From contig JARQWU010000030.1 in assembly GCA_040182905.1 (NCBI GenBank), positions 1-63,496 on the forward strand: DNA of 63,496 nt, in the 5' to 3' direction. Made by a program: the position numbers and the translations under genes. Shown here piece after piece: positions 1 to 12,800 of the stretch (the first letter of the stretch is position 1; every line of letters starts with the position of its first letter). The notes under the pieces are model-generated. The model saw only the letters and a program-made list of their open reading frames with translations, made no database searches and was not told the origin of the DNA. The DNA is from Barthelona sp. PAP020 (Eukaryota).

Positions 1-426
1 TGCGGGATGTGAAATACTGCATTACTAATTGCTCAAAAGAGCTTAAAGCTCCGATATTTTTAAAAATTTATCCTAATTGTGCAAGTTTTCATGCATTCAC
101 CATGGCAGATCAAAAATTTTGGGGTAGGTTAAGGAAAAATTCCGTACCTCGAGGGAAAAAGGAAGAATCGGAAAATTTCGATTCGCCAAAAATAATAGGC
201 TTGTGAACAACCCTCATTTTTTTATTTTTTATTAGTTGTAGAATTAGCCATTCAAGCAACGATTCTATCAAGCACAAGTGAAATATTGAAGATGAAAGGT
301 TGACAAATTTCATTTCAAAATGAAAAAGAAAAGAAAAACAAATGTAAAAGTTTTGACAAACACCTCATTTGTTTCAGGTTGATAAATTGGTTTGCATTTT
401 CCCATTGAACCTTTTTTGCAGTCTGT

Positions 427-1640
427 CTAATCATCATCATCATCATTATCATCATCATCATGAATGTCACAAGTTTTTTCATCCATAAATGAGCGCATGT
501 TACCACCTTTAATCTTATTGATGTCAGCAAGGTTTCAATATGTATCCCCAATCATCTTACACTCCTCTTTATTCATACAAATACCAGTAGTCACCAATTG
601 TCTGATTATTTGAGTGCTTACATTGATGGCAATAAGATTCACAACACATAACCGCAACCTTTTGACAATTCAATGAGTTTGGATTGTGAGGCGTCATATT
701 CAGGGCAACTGAATAAATTCTAACAACATCACCTTCACATCTCTCACAAAATACCTGCCTGTTATCAGGTGATATATCAAACGAAAAATTGTGTACCATG
801 CAATGACAATGAATCTTTTGAATAAACTCAAAACTATCCACATTGAAAGAAGTAATATAACCATCAACAGACATAATAAATAGGATGTTTGGACTCACGA
901 AATGAAGAGAGAAAACTGGACTACCATTTTGAATGTATAAAGGAGGGATCCATCATCCATGTTCCAGAGTTTAACCTTTTTCCACAAATCACTAGCAGCT
1001 ATGATTCTTCTTGTTTCATAAAAATCAATGGATTTAACAGGAGCATTTTGATTGAAGGTGCAAATTTTGGGGAAATTGTTAGTATTAACTAAATTTACAG
1101 TTTTATCATGACTACAAGTAAAACTTTATCTCCCATCTGAAGAAAGTTTTATTTTGCAAATATGTCTGGAATGTATTTTTTCTTCTAAGATAATGCTATC
1201 TTGATTATATCCCATTTCCTCACAGTTCCATCACCATCACAAAAATTTACAAAATTGGAACAGAAAACGAAATTTCATGAACACAAGCATTATTCACAAA
1301 TCTGCCCAAAATAGAGAAATCTAGAAGGCTATAAATAATGATAGAACAATCCAAGGAACATGTTGCCAACTTTTGTCCATCTGGTGAAAATGAAACACCA
1401 TAAACCCCGTTTGTGTGATCTCTCAAAGCACGATTTAGTCTTCCACTTGCAACATCAAATGCTAGTGTTTCTTGATAATTAATAATAAGTAAGTATTTGC
1501 CATCTGACAAGTATTTCAAATCGTTAAAATGCTCGGGAGGCAAACCTTGAATTAACATCACATTTTCCTCATCAATTTTAGTAGAAAGTATCTAAATAAT
1601 TGTTTTTCTCACTATTTTGCCTTCTGATTCAACACTTATA
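427..1640 (-). pseudogene. WD40-repeat gene of the 'WDLxDINE' C-terminal-domain family, disrupted by frameshifts and stops
   Basis: WD40 fragments (LRDHTNGVYGVSFSPDGQKLATCSLDCSIIIY) lie in several frames. Manual translation of 427-670 gives KLIELSK...IIRQLVTTGICMNKEE...Y*NLADINKIKGGNMRSFMDE plus a poly-D tail, homologous to the C-termini at 30428 and 42846. The 5' boundary is approximate. Confidence 0.8.
430..462. repeat. (TCA)n/(GAT)n microsatellite encoding the acidic tail of the WD40 pseudogene
   Basis: atcatcatcatcatcattatcatcatcatcatg. Confidence 0.85.
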
Positions 1641-1767
1641 GAAAGAATCTCAAAAAGATGGAAAACACAGAAAGACACAACATTACTATCTTCCTCTTGA
1701 GTCACTCATTTCTTGTTTATGAAAATATTTGTTAAATCTTTACCTTCTTTTTTTATTGAAAACTGAA

Positions 1768-3006
1768 ATGACAAGTGAAAGAATAGTAGGCTATGAAAGA
1801 AATCTTCAAAATAATATTAAGTACGGAATGTATCCAGGAAAAGCAGAAGAAGATCATATTGGAATGTGGGTTGCTGATCAAGATTTAGAGATAGCTCCCA
1901 TTATTACTAAACACCTGTGTGATCGTATTGTGGACATTCCCAATTATGGTTATGAGGCTGCTCCTGAAAGCTTTTACAATGCGATTTTACAAAACAGTTT
2001 TGAACATAATATCAAAGATATTGACCGAAAAAACGTTTTATTCGTACCAAATGTATTATCTGGATTGATTGCTTGTCTTAATGAATTGACAAGTGTTGGA
2101 TCAACTGTTGTTTTGGCAAATCCCATATATTTTTCGTTTATTCCTCATATTTTGAACATTGGAAGACAGGTTAAAACAGTTCCTTTGCAAAAAGATAGTT
2201 CTGGGCATTTCATATACGATTTTGAACAATTGGAAGATGTTCTGTCAAATGATGATGTAAGTCTTTTTGTGTTTTGTAATCCACATAACCCTGGTTTTAA
2301 AGTGTTTACCGTGGAAGAAACATTGAGAATTACTGAACTTTGTGAAAAATATGGTGTTGTTTTTGTGAGCGATGAGATACACTGTGATCTTGTTTTAGAT
2401 GGGAGCCAATTTAACAGCGCATTATCTGTGTATGATAAAGCTATCATTCTCACATCTGTTTCAAAAACTTTTAATTTGGCAATGATTGAAACTGCATGGA
2501 TTCTCTGTAAAGATACATATTTTTTGAAAAGATTGAAGAAATATTCAACTTCTCATGGATTTTTCCCTACACCTTTTGCTACTGTAGCTACGACAACTGC
2601 AATTAATTTGGCCCAACCATGGAGAATGGAATTGATCAAATTTATCAATCATCATTTGGACCTATTTGAGAACTTGGTTAAAAAGACAAACGAAAAGTTT
2701 GATTTGAATATTGTTTTTGTCAGGCCACAAGCTTCTTATTTATTTTGGATTGACCTTGATGAAGTTTCTCAAGGAAAAGTAAGTGGCGATACTTATCAAA
2801 GAATATTGAGGGATGATTATAATATTTCTGTTTCTTCAGGGGATTCCTTTGGTTCAAAAGGTCGTGGTTGCATGAGAGTTAATTGCGCAATATCTGATGA
2901 AAGGTTTAATGAAGCTTTAATAAGATTTGAAAAGTTTTTTGAATATATCGCTTTAAATAAGGAAGAATTAATTGAAAGTGAGTGTGAAAAAAGAAATAAA
3001 ATGTAA
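1768..3006 (+). CDS. MalY/PatB-family PLP-dependent C-S lyase (cystathionine beta-lyase-like), bacterial type
   Basis: Motifs MWVADQD, YGY, FCNPHNP, SDEIHCDL, SVSKTFNLA (PLP lysine), PQASYLFWID and MRVNCA. First ATG is at 1768. Confidence 0.9.
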   Translation: MTSERIVGYERNLQNNIKYGMYPGKAEEDHIGMWVADQDLEIAPIITKHLCDRIVDIPNYGYEAAPESFYNAILQNSFEHNIKDIDRKNVLFVPNVLSGLIACLNELTSVGSTVVLANPIYFSFIPHILNIGRQVKTVPLQKDSSGHFIYDFEQLEDVLSNDDVSLFVFCNPHNPGFKVFTVEETLRITELCEKYGVVFVSDEIHCDLVLDGSQFNSALSVYDKAIILTSVSKTFNLAMIETAWILCKDTYFLKRLKKYSTSHGFFPTPFATVATTTAINLAQPWRMELIKFINHHLDLFENLVKKTNEKFDLNIVFVRPQASYLFWIDLDEVSQGKVSGDTYQRILRDDYNISVSSGDSFGSKGRGCMRVNCAISDERFNEALIRFEKFFEYIALNKEELIESECEKRNKM

Positions 3007-3803
3007 AGATTTTACAAACATTTTTATAAATAAAACATGTATAACCCATATATAGGACAGTAGTTAAGATACAAGCATTACTCGGAGAGTTCAACAAAAG
3101 TCAAAGAAACTTCAGATAAGACCTCAAACATGGAGATGACGTCAACAAGAACAATTTTTTACTTCAAGAATCCTGAATTTAATCCTTTAGGTCGCATTCT
3201 TTTTTTTTTAGGCGTCGAACATCCCAAAATCTTCGTCATCGAAAAACTTCTAACTATACCAAACCCAACGCAATGGGTTAACATAAAAAAATAAAAGTCT
3301 TTTATATTTATGAAATTAAATGATAAATTGGATTGATTTCATACTATATTTTGAAGTTTATTTGTTCAAAATTATCGTTCAGAATTGCAAAAATGAAGAC
3401 AATAATTTATTCAGAATGTTTTTTGTTTGAAAATTGGTTCTAACATAAAAGTGTGCAGAATTCTTGATGTGCCATTCTCTATTTCACTGATTGTTGAAAT
3501 GTTGGTTTCTTCACATCCAAATTCTGAAAGGGGTTATCAACATAAATTGATGTTTTTAACAAATTTTCACATTGGTTAGAGATTATTTCCTTTAAATAAA
3601 TGCAATTTCTTCAAGCATTTGAAGTTTTGGTAATTTAGTGAGCGCATTTAATATAATTTTGCACCAATTATTGTTTTCTCATTCAAATCAGTTCAATTCT
3701 TTAAGTGATAAGTAACAGATACTTGAACTGCCAAAAAATAAAACAAAAAAGAATAAATAGTTTATAATCATGTAAAAATTGTGTTGTTAAGGGTAATTAG
3801 AAA

Positions 3804-6800
3804 CTAATTGCTTATTTCATCAATAAAATTTGCAACGATTTCGGGATGGTCAAATATGTGTTGATGATCACAATCAATCGTTTTGATTTCAATTGTATCA
3901 GCATTGTTAAAGAAAGTTGCTAAACCATTGTGAATTCCTTGATCCATTTCAACCTTTTCAGTAGCCTTTAAGAGATAACACCTGGTGTTAAGCTTGATAT
4001 CTATCAGATTATTCCAAATTCTGGACTGCATCAACAAATTGTCCAAAACAAACACTTCATTTCTGAGCTCAAGTGCAGTCTTTCGATTGTTCAACTCATA
4101 CGCTTCCATCACTTGTTTAATAATCTCTTCCTCACTGCCAACTGGTAAATGAGACTTAAGGTTGATTGGATTATGTGAATCAATGATAACAACAGAATCT
4201 ACAGCAGATCCAGTTTTTTCAAGTTGTTGAGCAACCAATAAAGCAGCATTACCACCAAAAGAATATCCTCCAATAAAATACGGTCCTGAAGGTTGAATTT
4301 CTAAAATAGTTTTCAGATAAGAATCAACCAGGGCTTTCATTGAAGCAAAATGCATTTCCTTTATGTTTCCAAATAAAGGATCAGCCAATGCAACGATATT
4401 GAAGTTTTGCACTTTGTCCAATAAAGACAGGTATTCAGTTGCAGTACCATTTCCAGAGTGAATTAAGAATAAGTTAGGTTTATTCACCAATCCTGAAGAA
4501 ATCACTGAAGTTTTGATTGGTTGATTCATATTTTCAGTGGTTCTATTCTTGATAATACCTTCAATTGTAGGTTCTTCATTGAATTTGTTAATACTGATGC
4601 TAATATTCAATTCGCGTTTTAATTGAGACAATAACTTCATGACTAACAATGAATGTCCACCAATGTGGAAGAAATTAGTGACAGATGAAATGTGTTTGAT
4701 TGGAACCCTCAATAATTTACTCATAATATCTCCAATCTTATAGTGATCAATGGAATTGAAACCATAATCTTCAATGATAGTTTCTTCAATGTTTAAGAGG
4801 TCCTTCACATCAGAAATAGCCACAAGTTGATAACTGTTATCGAGTCTTTGAATGACAGATGATGTTAAATGTTTAGTTAGAGTCTTGAATTCATCATCAG
4901 TTTTGATTGTAACATATCCTTGACAACCCTTAAACACTTGTTCCTCATTTAATTCAGATGTGACACCTATATATCTGACAACTTCCAAATGCTTTTTGTT
5001 ACCAGTCATTAAAGGGAAAATGTCATGGGCAACAACAACATGAATGCTGGAAGAAGGATATTTCTTTTCCATATGATTAACATCATCCAATGTAACATCA
5101 CCTACAAGGATAAAGTTGGCAATTTCAACATTAGAACTGAAATTTAAGATGTCATTTTTGAATAAAAGAACATTTGTGGCATTTTCAGTTATGTTTGTTT
5201 CAAATTGAACATTCTTTCCACTCAAAAGACAAGCAAATAACAAAGAAAGAACATCACTAATTTGGGATGCCACAATAAGGATTTGATTTCCTTCTAATTT
5301 AGCAAAAATCCTTTGATATTCATAAATGGCATAGATGTATCTTGACATGGATATTTTTGTATCTCCATGAATTATATGCTTGTTGCTGATCACATTCTTA
5401 TCAATTGTAACATCTTTTCCTTTGAGAATGTTTTGAAGAATCAAATTGATATTCTCAACATTAATGTCATTAGTAATAGCCACATTGTTATCAATGGAGA
5501 CTTTCTCATCAATCATTAACGATCCATCAGTCCATTTTACATACCCATGCATAGATTCAATAAGATCAGCAAATGAAGGTGTATTCAACAACGAATTATT
5601 GAAGTGATATTCTTCAAGCAAATCTTTCTTAATTTCATTGAAATTTTGTGCAGTTGGTATTCTATATAAAACATTCATGAATAAATCAAGAACATACTTG
5701 ACATATTCATCATTTCCTTCAATATATGTGGCTTTAAAGGTAATACCTTCTTCCATGCTTACAGATATAACAAGAGGGAATTCAGTACGATCTGCGCCAT
5801 CAATTACTTCAAAAGGTACATCAGAATTGGTTTGTTCTTCAACATTTGAAGCTCTTGACCCATCAAAGACTAATAATGTATCAAACAAACTGCCAATACT
5901 GACACCAGTTTTTCTTGCAAGATTCAAAACTTCAATTAACTCATCAGTACTATGAGCATTTAATTCTTGAATATCTTCATTAGTTTTATGTAATAATTGT
6001 CTGATAGAACCATTCAAATTGTCAGTAACCAATGGTAAAGTGTTGACAAATGGTCCAATGATTTTATCAATATCCACTAAATCAATGCTACGTCCAGATA
6101 ATGTCAATCCAAAAACAGGTTTGGCTGAAGTCAATAAAGCCAATGTGATGCTCCATGACAATACAATTGTTGAAGTTAGAGGAATTCCAAGATCAGTAAC
6201 AAGTGAACTCAAATCATTGAAAACTTTGGATGGCAGTTCATGAATGATGCGTTTATTGGTCACATTATCAGTTGGTTTTGCCAATAAAGGTAAATTACAG
6301 GGTGAAACATTGCTCATTTTAGGTTTCCAATAATCTACATCAACAATAGGCTTGCTAAATACATGTTTGATATAATCTCGATAATTGCTCATCGGTACAG
6401 TTAATCCAATTCCATTGTAGAAAGAAACAACGTCATTGAATAACAAGGATGTTGAGTAACCATCAATGGTAAGATGATGATGCAACCATAACATATACTT
6501 TTCTTTTTCAAAGTCAATGATCACGAAACGATGAAGAATCTTGTCTTTACGACGAAGGTCAAACTTTTCTTTAGCTTCTTCAAACATGCAATCATTAACA
6601 ATTTCAATAATATCGCTCTTTTCTGCTGCAGGTAATTTGATAACTTTCCAATCAAATGAAATGTTTTTACGAACATAAAACAAAGGTTCATCAAAATCAA
6701 TAAGATACTGAGATCTCAACATTGGATGAATATCAAAAGTTTGTATAAAAGCTTGTTTTAGTCTGACAAGATTGATATCATTACTTAATTTGAAGATACG

Positions 6801-9800
6801 TCTTTCAAAATACTCATCAGTATTGTTATTCATCAGGTATCTCAATATCATACCCTTTTGAATACTGCTAACGGGAGATATAATCTCAAGATCTTTGATT
6901 TCATCAAAGAATGATGTGAAGTCATTTATATTCATGGATAATTCGTCTAAAGTAAAACCAAAATCATTGGAAATCCATCCTTGTTTTGAAGCTGATTCAG
7001 TTAAAATACAAGAACAAATATCTTTGACAAAAAGCTTGGTTTCTTTAACTAACAATTTAGCTTCTTTTTCAGAAACTAATCTTGAGTTATAATTGACATT
7101 AATTGATAAAATTCCATTGAAAACACCAATGTTGAAATCAATAACATAAGGGAAAGTGTTCTTTTTGGAAACATCACTTCCAACACCACCAACAATTTCG
7201 AATTTATCAGAAGCATCGTCAGTGGTTTCATCGGTCAACACACCAAGATAATTGAATCCGATTTCTGTGATGGATTCAGCATTGACATATTCATCAGTCA
7301 AATATCTTAAATTTTGATATCCTATACCACCTTGAGGAACTCTCTTTAACAATTGTTTGATCATTCTAACTTTTTCAAACATCGAAACATTGGAAGACTG
7401 AAGTTCAACAAGAACAGGATAAATAGTAGTGAACCACATAACATTGTTAGAAACATCCATTCCTTCAAAATCTCTTCCATGACCCTCTAAATTAACTCTA
7501 AATTTGGAGATATCAAAGATTTTATTGAGTCCCAAAACAACAGCGGTAAATATGACATCCATAGGAGTAAATGCAGATATATTGGAGATATTGTTGACAA
7601 GTAATTTTGTTTCATCAACATTTAATGCTTCTTCAACAGCTGGGGCTTCAGCATAAGTGCACTTATTGATTGAATGTGCAATATGATCAACCTTTGCTAA
7701 AATAACTTCATGCCAGTATTGTTTTTCTGCAGCAGAAACCTTATACAAAGTCCATTCTTCCAGTTTTCTTCTCCATCCTCCAAGTGACACATTCAAAGCA
7801 ACATTTTTAGCCTTTTTAAAGGTAGACAATTCCAGATAAATGCGATTAATCTCAGGAATTAAAACATGCCATGATACAGCATCAACAATGAAGTGATGAA
7901 GTACTAAAGTCAAATAATCACATTCAGAAGTTCTCAACAACAAAGCACGAGCCAAAGGAGCCTCAGTTAGAATAATTTCAGTCTGAATTGTAACACCTTC
8001 ATTGATCAAATCTTCCTTTGTTGTTTCAATTAAAGGTAAATCAAAATAAACGTCTTTTGCTTCAGCAAATTTGAATGATTGCTGATCTTCACTCAATGAC
8101 ATTCTCAAAGATGAGAAACTAGAAATCAAAACTTGCAAAACATCTTGCATAATGGAATAATGGACATGTCCAGGACATCTGATCACAAAGGCTTGATTGA
8201 AATATTCTGGAACAGCATGCTTTTGTTCAAAGAACCACTTGTGAATAGGCCACAATGGCATCGTTGCATTTTCAGTCAAATCAGTTTTTTGATTCTCTTG
8301 AATTCGTGCTATGAGAGCCAAACGTCTCAAAACAGGATTTCTGAAAATATCTTGTGGAGTAATTTGAATATCAAACGCTCTTGCACGTGAAACAAGTTGC
8401 AAAGACAAAATCGAATCACCACCAAGTTTGAAGAAATTGTCATCCAAATTGACATTTGGAACTTTCAAAAGGTCCGACCAAATGCCTGCCAATACAACTT
8501 CATTGTTGGTTCTGGGTTTTTCACCGGTAGTAATAGGTTCAGCAGATGCAAACATATGTTGAGACAAGAAATCAGAGGAAGATAAAAGTTTTCTGTTTGC
8601 TTTTCCTGCAGGTGTCAATGGAATTGATTTCAATGTGATGATCAATGAAGGAATCATATATTCAGGCAAAGTTTTTCCAAGGTGTTGCCTAACAGCTTCA
8701 GAAGAAACATTTGCTTCACCAACAAGCAATAAATATGCAACAAGCCTTTGCCCCAATTCTTCATCTTTGTTGACAACAACAATAGTTTGTTGAACAACCT
8801 GCATAGAAGTGATAGCAACTTCAATTTCACCCAACTCGATTCTGTTGCCTCTGATCTTGACCTGTTGGTCGACACGACCGACGTAGACGAGGTTGCCATC
8901 ACGGGTCCAGTGCACGAGGTCACCGGTCTTGTACATGCGTTCTGATCCTGGGAAGGGACATGGGACGAAGCGAGATGCGGTGAGCTCTGGCTGTTTGTAG
9001 TATCCACGGGCCAAGCCATCACCGGCGATGTAAAGTTCACCAGCAACGCCAATGGCACAGAGTTGCATGTTCTTGTCCAAAACATAAAGTTGGTTGTTTG
9101 CGACTGGACGTCCAATTGGAGGCGCGACGCCAATGTTTTCAAGGGTGCAACGGAAGAATGAAGAATCGATTGTTGTTTCAGTGGGACCATACAAGTTGTA
9201 CAGTTCTGCATGTCCGAGACGAGTCAAACATGTTTGAGCAGTTGTTGAAGGCAATGCTTCACCTGATTGAACGATCAGACGAAGAGAAGGCAAGGAACCA
9301 GGCTCAACGAATTCAAGGAAGGCACCAAGCATAGAAGCAACGAAATGCATGACAGTGATCTTGTGCTGAGAAACAAAGCGAATTATTTCATCAGGGTTAT
9401 TTTGTGCACCTGCTGGAAGAAGACACAACGTGGCTCCAAATAAGAAAGGTGCAAAGAGCTCCCAAACTGAGACATCGAATGAATATGGAGTCTTTTGGAT
9501 GATGCGATCTTCAGCGCAGAAACCGAGGTTACGCTTCCAAAGTAGACGATTCACAACTGAACGATGTTCAACGCAAACACCCTTTGGTGTACCGGTTGAA
9601 CCAGATGTGTAGATAACGTACATGAGGTCATGTGTGTTGACGGGAAGGTTAAGATTCGATGAGTCGTTGTTTATCCATGCAGATGAATCCTCAATGTTAA
9701 TAAAGTTCATGTTCAATCCCTCAAATATGCTCATAAACTTGGGTTGACCGATAATCGTTGTGGTTTCCGAATGCTCCACGAAGTAGCGCAAACGCTCACT

Positions 9801-12800
9801 TGGATATGCAGGATCAAGTGGAAGATATGCAGCTCCAGATTTCAGGATAGCCCACAGCACAATTGGAAGATCAGCGCAACGTTCCATGCACACACCGACA
9901 GTTGTGTTGTTATTCAGCGTCTGCAAGTGACGGGCAAGGCGGTTCGCCTTTGCATTGGCATCCCTGTATGTGTAAGACACGTGGTCATCAGCAATCGCCG
10001 TTTTCTCAGCGTGCATATCAACAGCATCCTCAATAAGCCCGTGAATGGTCGTCTCAGGGAAACTTACAGGCAGAGGGTTGAAGGAATGAAGGAATAATTT
10101 TTCAGAACTTGGTAAAATGGCATAGTTCTTCACAGACATCAAATTGTCTTTCAGAATTTCATCGACCAAAACATTGAAACGTTTCATCATTGATTCAATA
10201 GATTGCTTGGAAAATAGTTCGTCAGAATACTCTAATTCGATCTTCATTTCCTTGTTTGGTTGTACCATACAAGAAAAAGTCATGTCCAATTTTGATCCAG
10301 CTTGACCAATATCACAAGGTGAAATTGAAAAACCATCAAACTTGGGCATTACATCAGTTTGCATTAACATATTAAACATAATATTAAAAACTGGATTTCT
10401 ATTTGAAACACGACTGTCCAATTTATCAACAATCTGATCAAAGAAAACTTGTTGATGTTTTAAAACACCAACATTTGCATCAATGACTTGTTTCAACAAG
10501 TTATTAAAGGATTGATTTTCATCAATCAGTACATCAATGGGTAAAGGATTAACAAAATACCCAACAGTATCATTAAATCTACCATCCCAACGACCATGGG
10601 TGGGAAGACCAAACAAAAGATCCTTTTGATTGGTATGCTTGTATAACCAAATGCAAAATATGGTCATCATAACCGAATTCAAAGTGGTGGAGTTTTGTTG
10701 ACAAATTCGTTCTAATTGGTGAACTGTTTGGGCCGATATATTGAAAAAAACACTTTCACCTGTAAATTTCAATTGTGTTGGTCTAACAAAATCTGTTGGT
10801 AATTCAGTAGCCTGTTTACCACTTATTCTATCAACGAAATAATCCAAAGAACTATTATCTTGAGTTACGGATGAACTGTAATCAATATAAGAGTATTGAA
10901 GTGGTTCAAGAACAACATTGTTGTATAATTTAGCCAAATCATCAAGAACAATTTGATCACAAGATCCATCAATACAAATATGATGTGTGACCATTAAAAA
11001 TTGTTGTGATGAAACATAAAACTTCATAATAGGTCCATTTTCTAAATCAACAGGCAAAGAGCGTAATTCACTAATTGCAAGTTTTTCACAGGACTCAAAA
11101 TAGAACATTTCATCAACTGGTTTTACAGTTTGAATTAATTTTCCATCTGAAGTTTGTTTATACAATGTACGGAATGAAGCATGACGTTCAATAAATTGTT
11201 TACATGCTTTTTCAAATCTAATAAAGTCTACATCTCCTTCAAAATTGAACAATGAACTGTAGTTGTAAAACGTAGAAGTTGGTTCAAAAATTTGCAAATA
11301 ATACAATGCAGCTTGGGATGGAGACAAACCTGAAGATAGTTTTGAACTCATAGCCAATGAAGTTTCTTCAACTTTAATCAAACTAGTACAATGAGCCGCA
11401 AGGACTTTCAACGAAGAAGCCAAAAAGACATCCGACACATTGACAGACAAACCAATCAAACTCAACTCATGAATCATCATCATGACCAAAACAGAATGTC
11501 CACCCAACGAGAAGAAATTATCAGACATGGAAATGACTTCATTATTCAACAGTTTTTTCACAATAGCAAGTACAGCTCTTTCATTATCAGTGATAGGTTC
11601 AACCAAATCTTTCCTAGCTGTAGTAGCACAATAATTATCAACATTGGGCAATTTTTTTCTGTCAACTTTGCCATTGTTAGTCAAAGGAATGGTATCAAGT
11701 TCAATAAAATAAGAAGGAATCATATAGAGTGGTAAATTCATTTTTAAATACTCAATAAAATTTTCTAAATCCAATTCATTGTGAGATACATAGTAGCATG
11801 CCAAATCAAGGGTTGTAGAGCCAGATTTAGTAACAGCAATGACAACAATGTCCTTAATATCAAGATATCTTGATGCAACAGCTTCAATTTCACTCAATTC
11901 AACACGGAAACCACGAATCTTAACTTGAGTATCATCTCTACCAACAAATATCAAATCTCCATCCCAGTTCCAGCTGGCTAAATCACCAGTAAGGTACATT
12001 TTACCCTCTTTGAATGGGTTATGCACAAATTTATCTCCTGTAAGTTCTTCATTGTTAATATATCCTTCAGATAAACCATCACCAGAAATAACTAATTGTC
12101 CGATAGTACCTACAGGACAACGGTTCATATTGTCATCTAAAATGTAACAAATTTGGTTGGCAAGTGGTTTTCCAATTGATAAATTAGCATCATCAATGGA
12201 CAAAACTTTAGCAGTTGTATCAACAGCAGCTTCTGTAAGTCCATAAGAATTAACCAATTTACCATTTGGAAATATGGATAAAAAGTGTTTTGCATCATCA
12301 ATAGACCAATAATCTGAACCACAAGCAACTCTACAAAGGCTTTTAAAAACTTTATTTGTCATTTTCAATCCACGTAAAACAGCGGGCACGAATTCAGCAA
12401 ATTGTGGTTGGATATCATCAATTAAAGAAGCCAATTTGGTTGAGTCTAACAAAAGTTCACGATCAACAATAATGAGATTACCACCGGAACCAAGAGATCT
12501 AACAATATCACCTGTACAAACATCAAAACTAAAAGAAGCCATTTGCAAATGCTTCCATTGTGGTTCAAGTCCATAGAAATGTTTCCAAGCAAAATATTGA
12601 TTGGTAATGGCCATTTGACCAACTTTAACTCCTTTAGGTTTGCCGGTGGTACCTGAAGTGAACAAAACATAGGCAAGATTTGCCACATCAATTTCTGGAA
12701 GATGAACATTTTTCATAACATCAAAAGAAATTTCAGACAAACAAAGGGTTTGAATGTTTTTAAAATACTTTGCAGTACTTTTACATGTAATAACTAAAGA

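Noticed and set aside
1..230. Small hairpins (GAGCT-taa-AGCTC, GAATCG-N8-CGATTC) and an Sm-like AATTTTGG
   Set aside because: No snRNA-specific motif was recognised and the region is truncated by the window edge, so support is insufficient.
8654..10097. Cluster of alternative-frame ORFs (up to 185 aa) inside the NRPS
   Set aside because: A by-product of the locally high GC (fewer stop codons) in the A2 patch.
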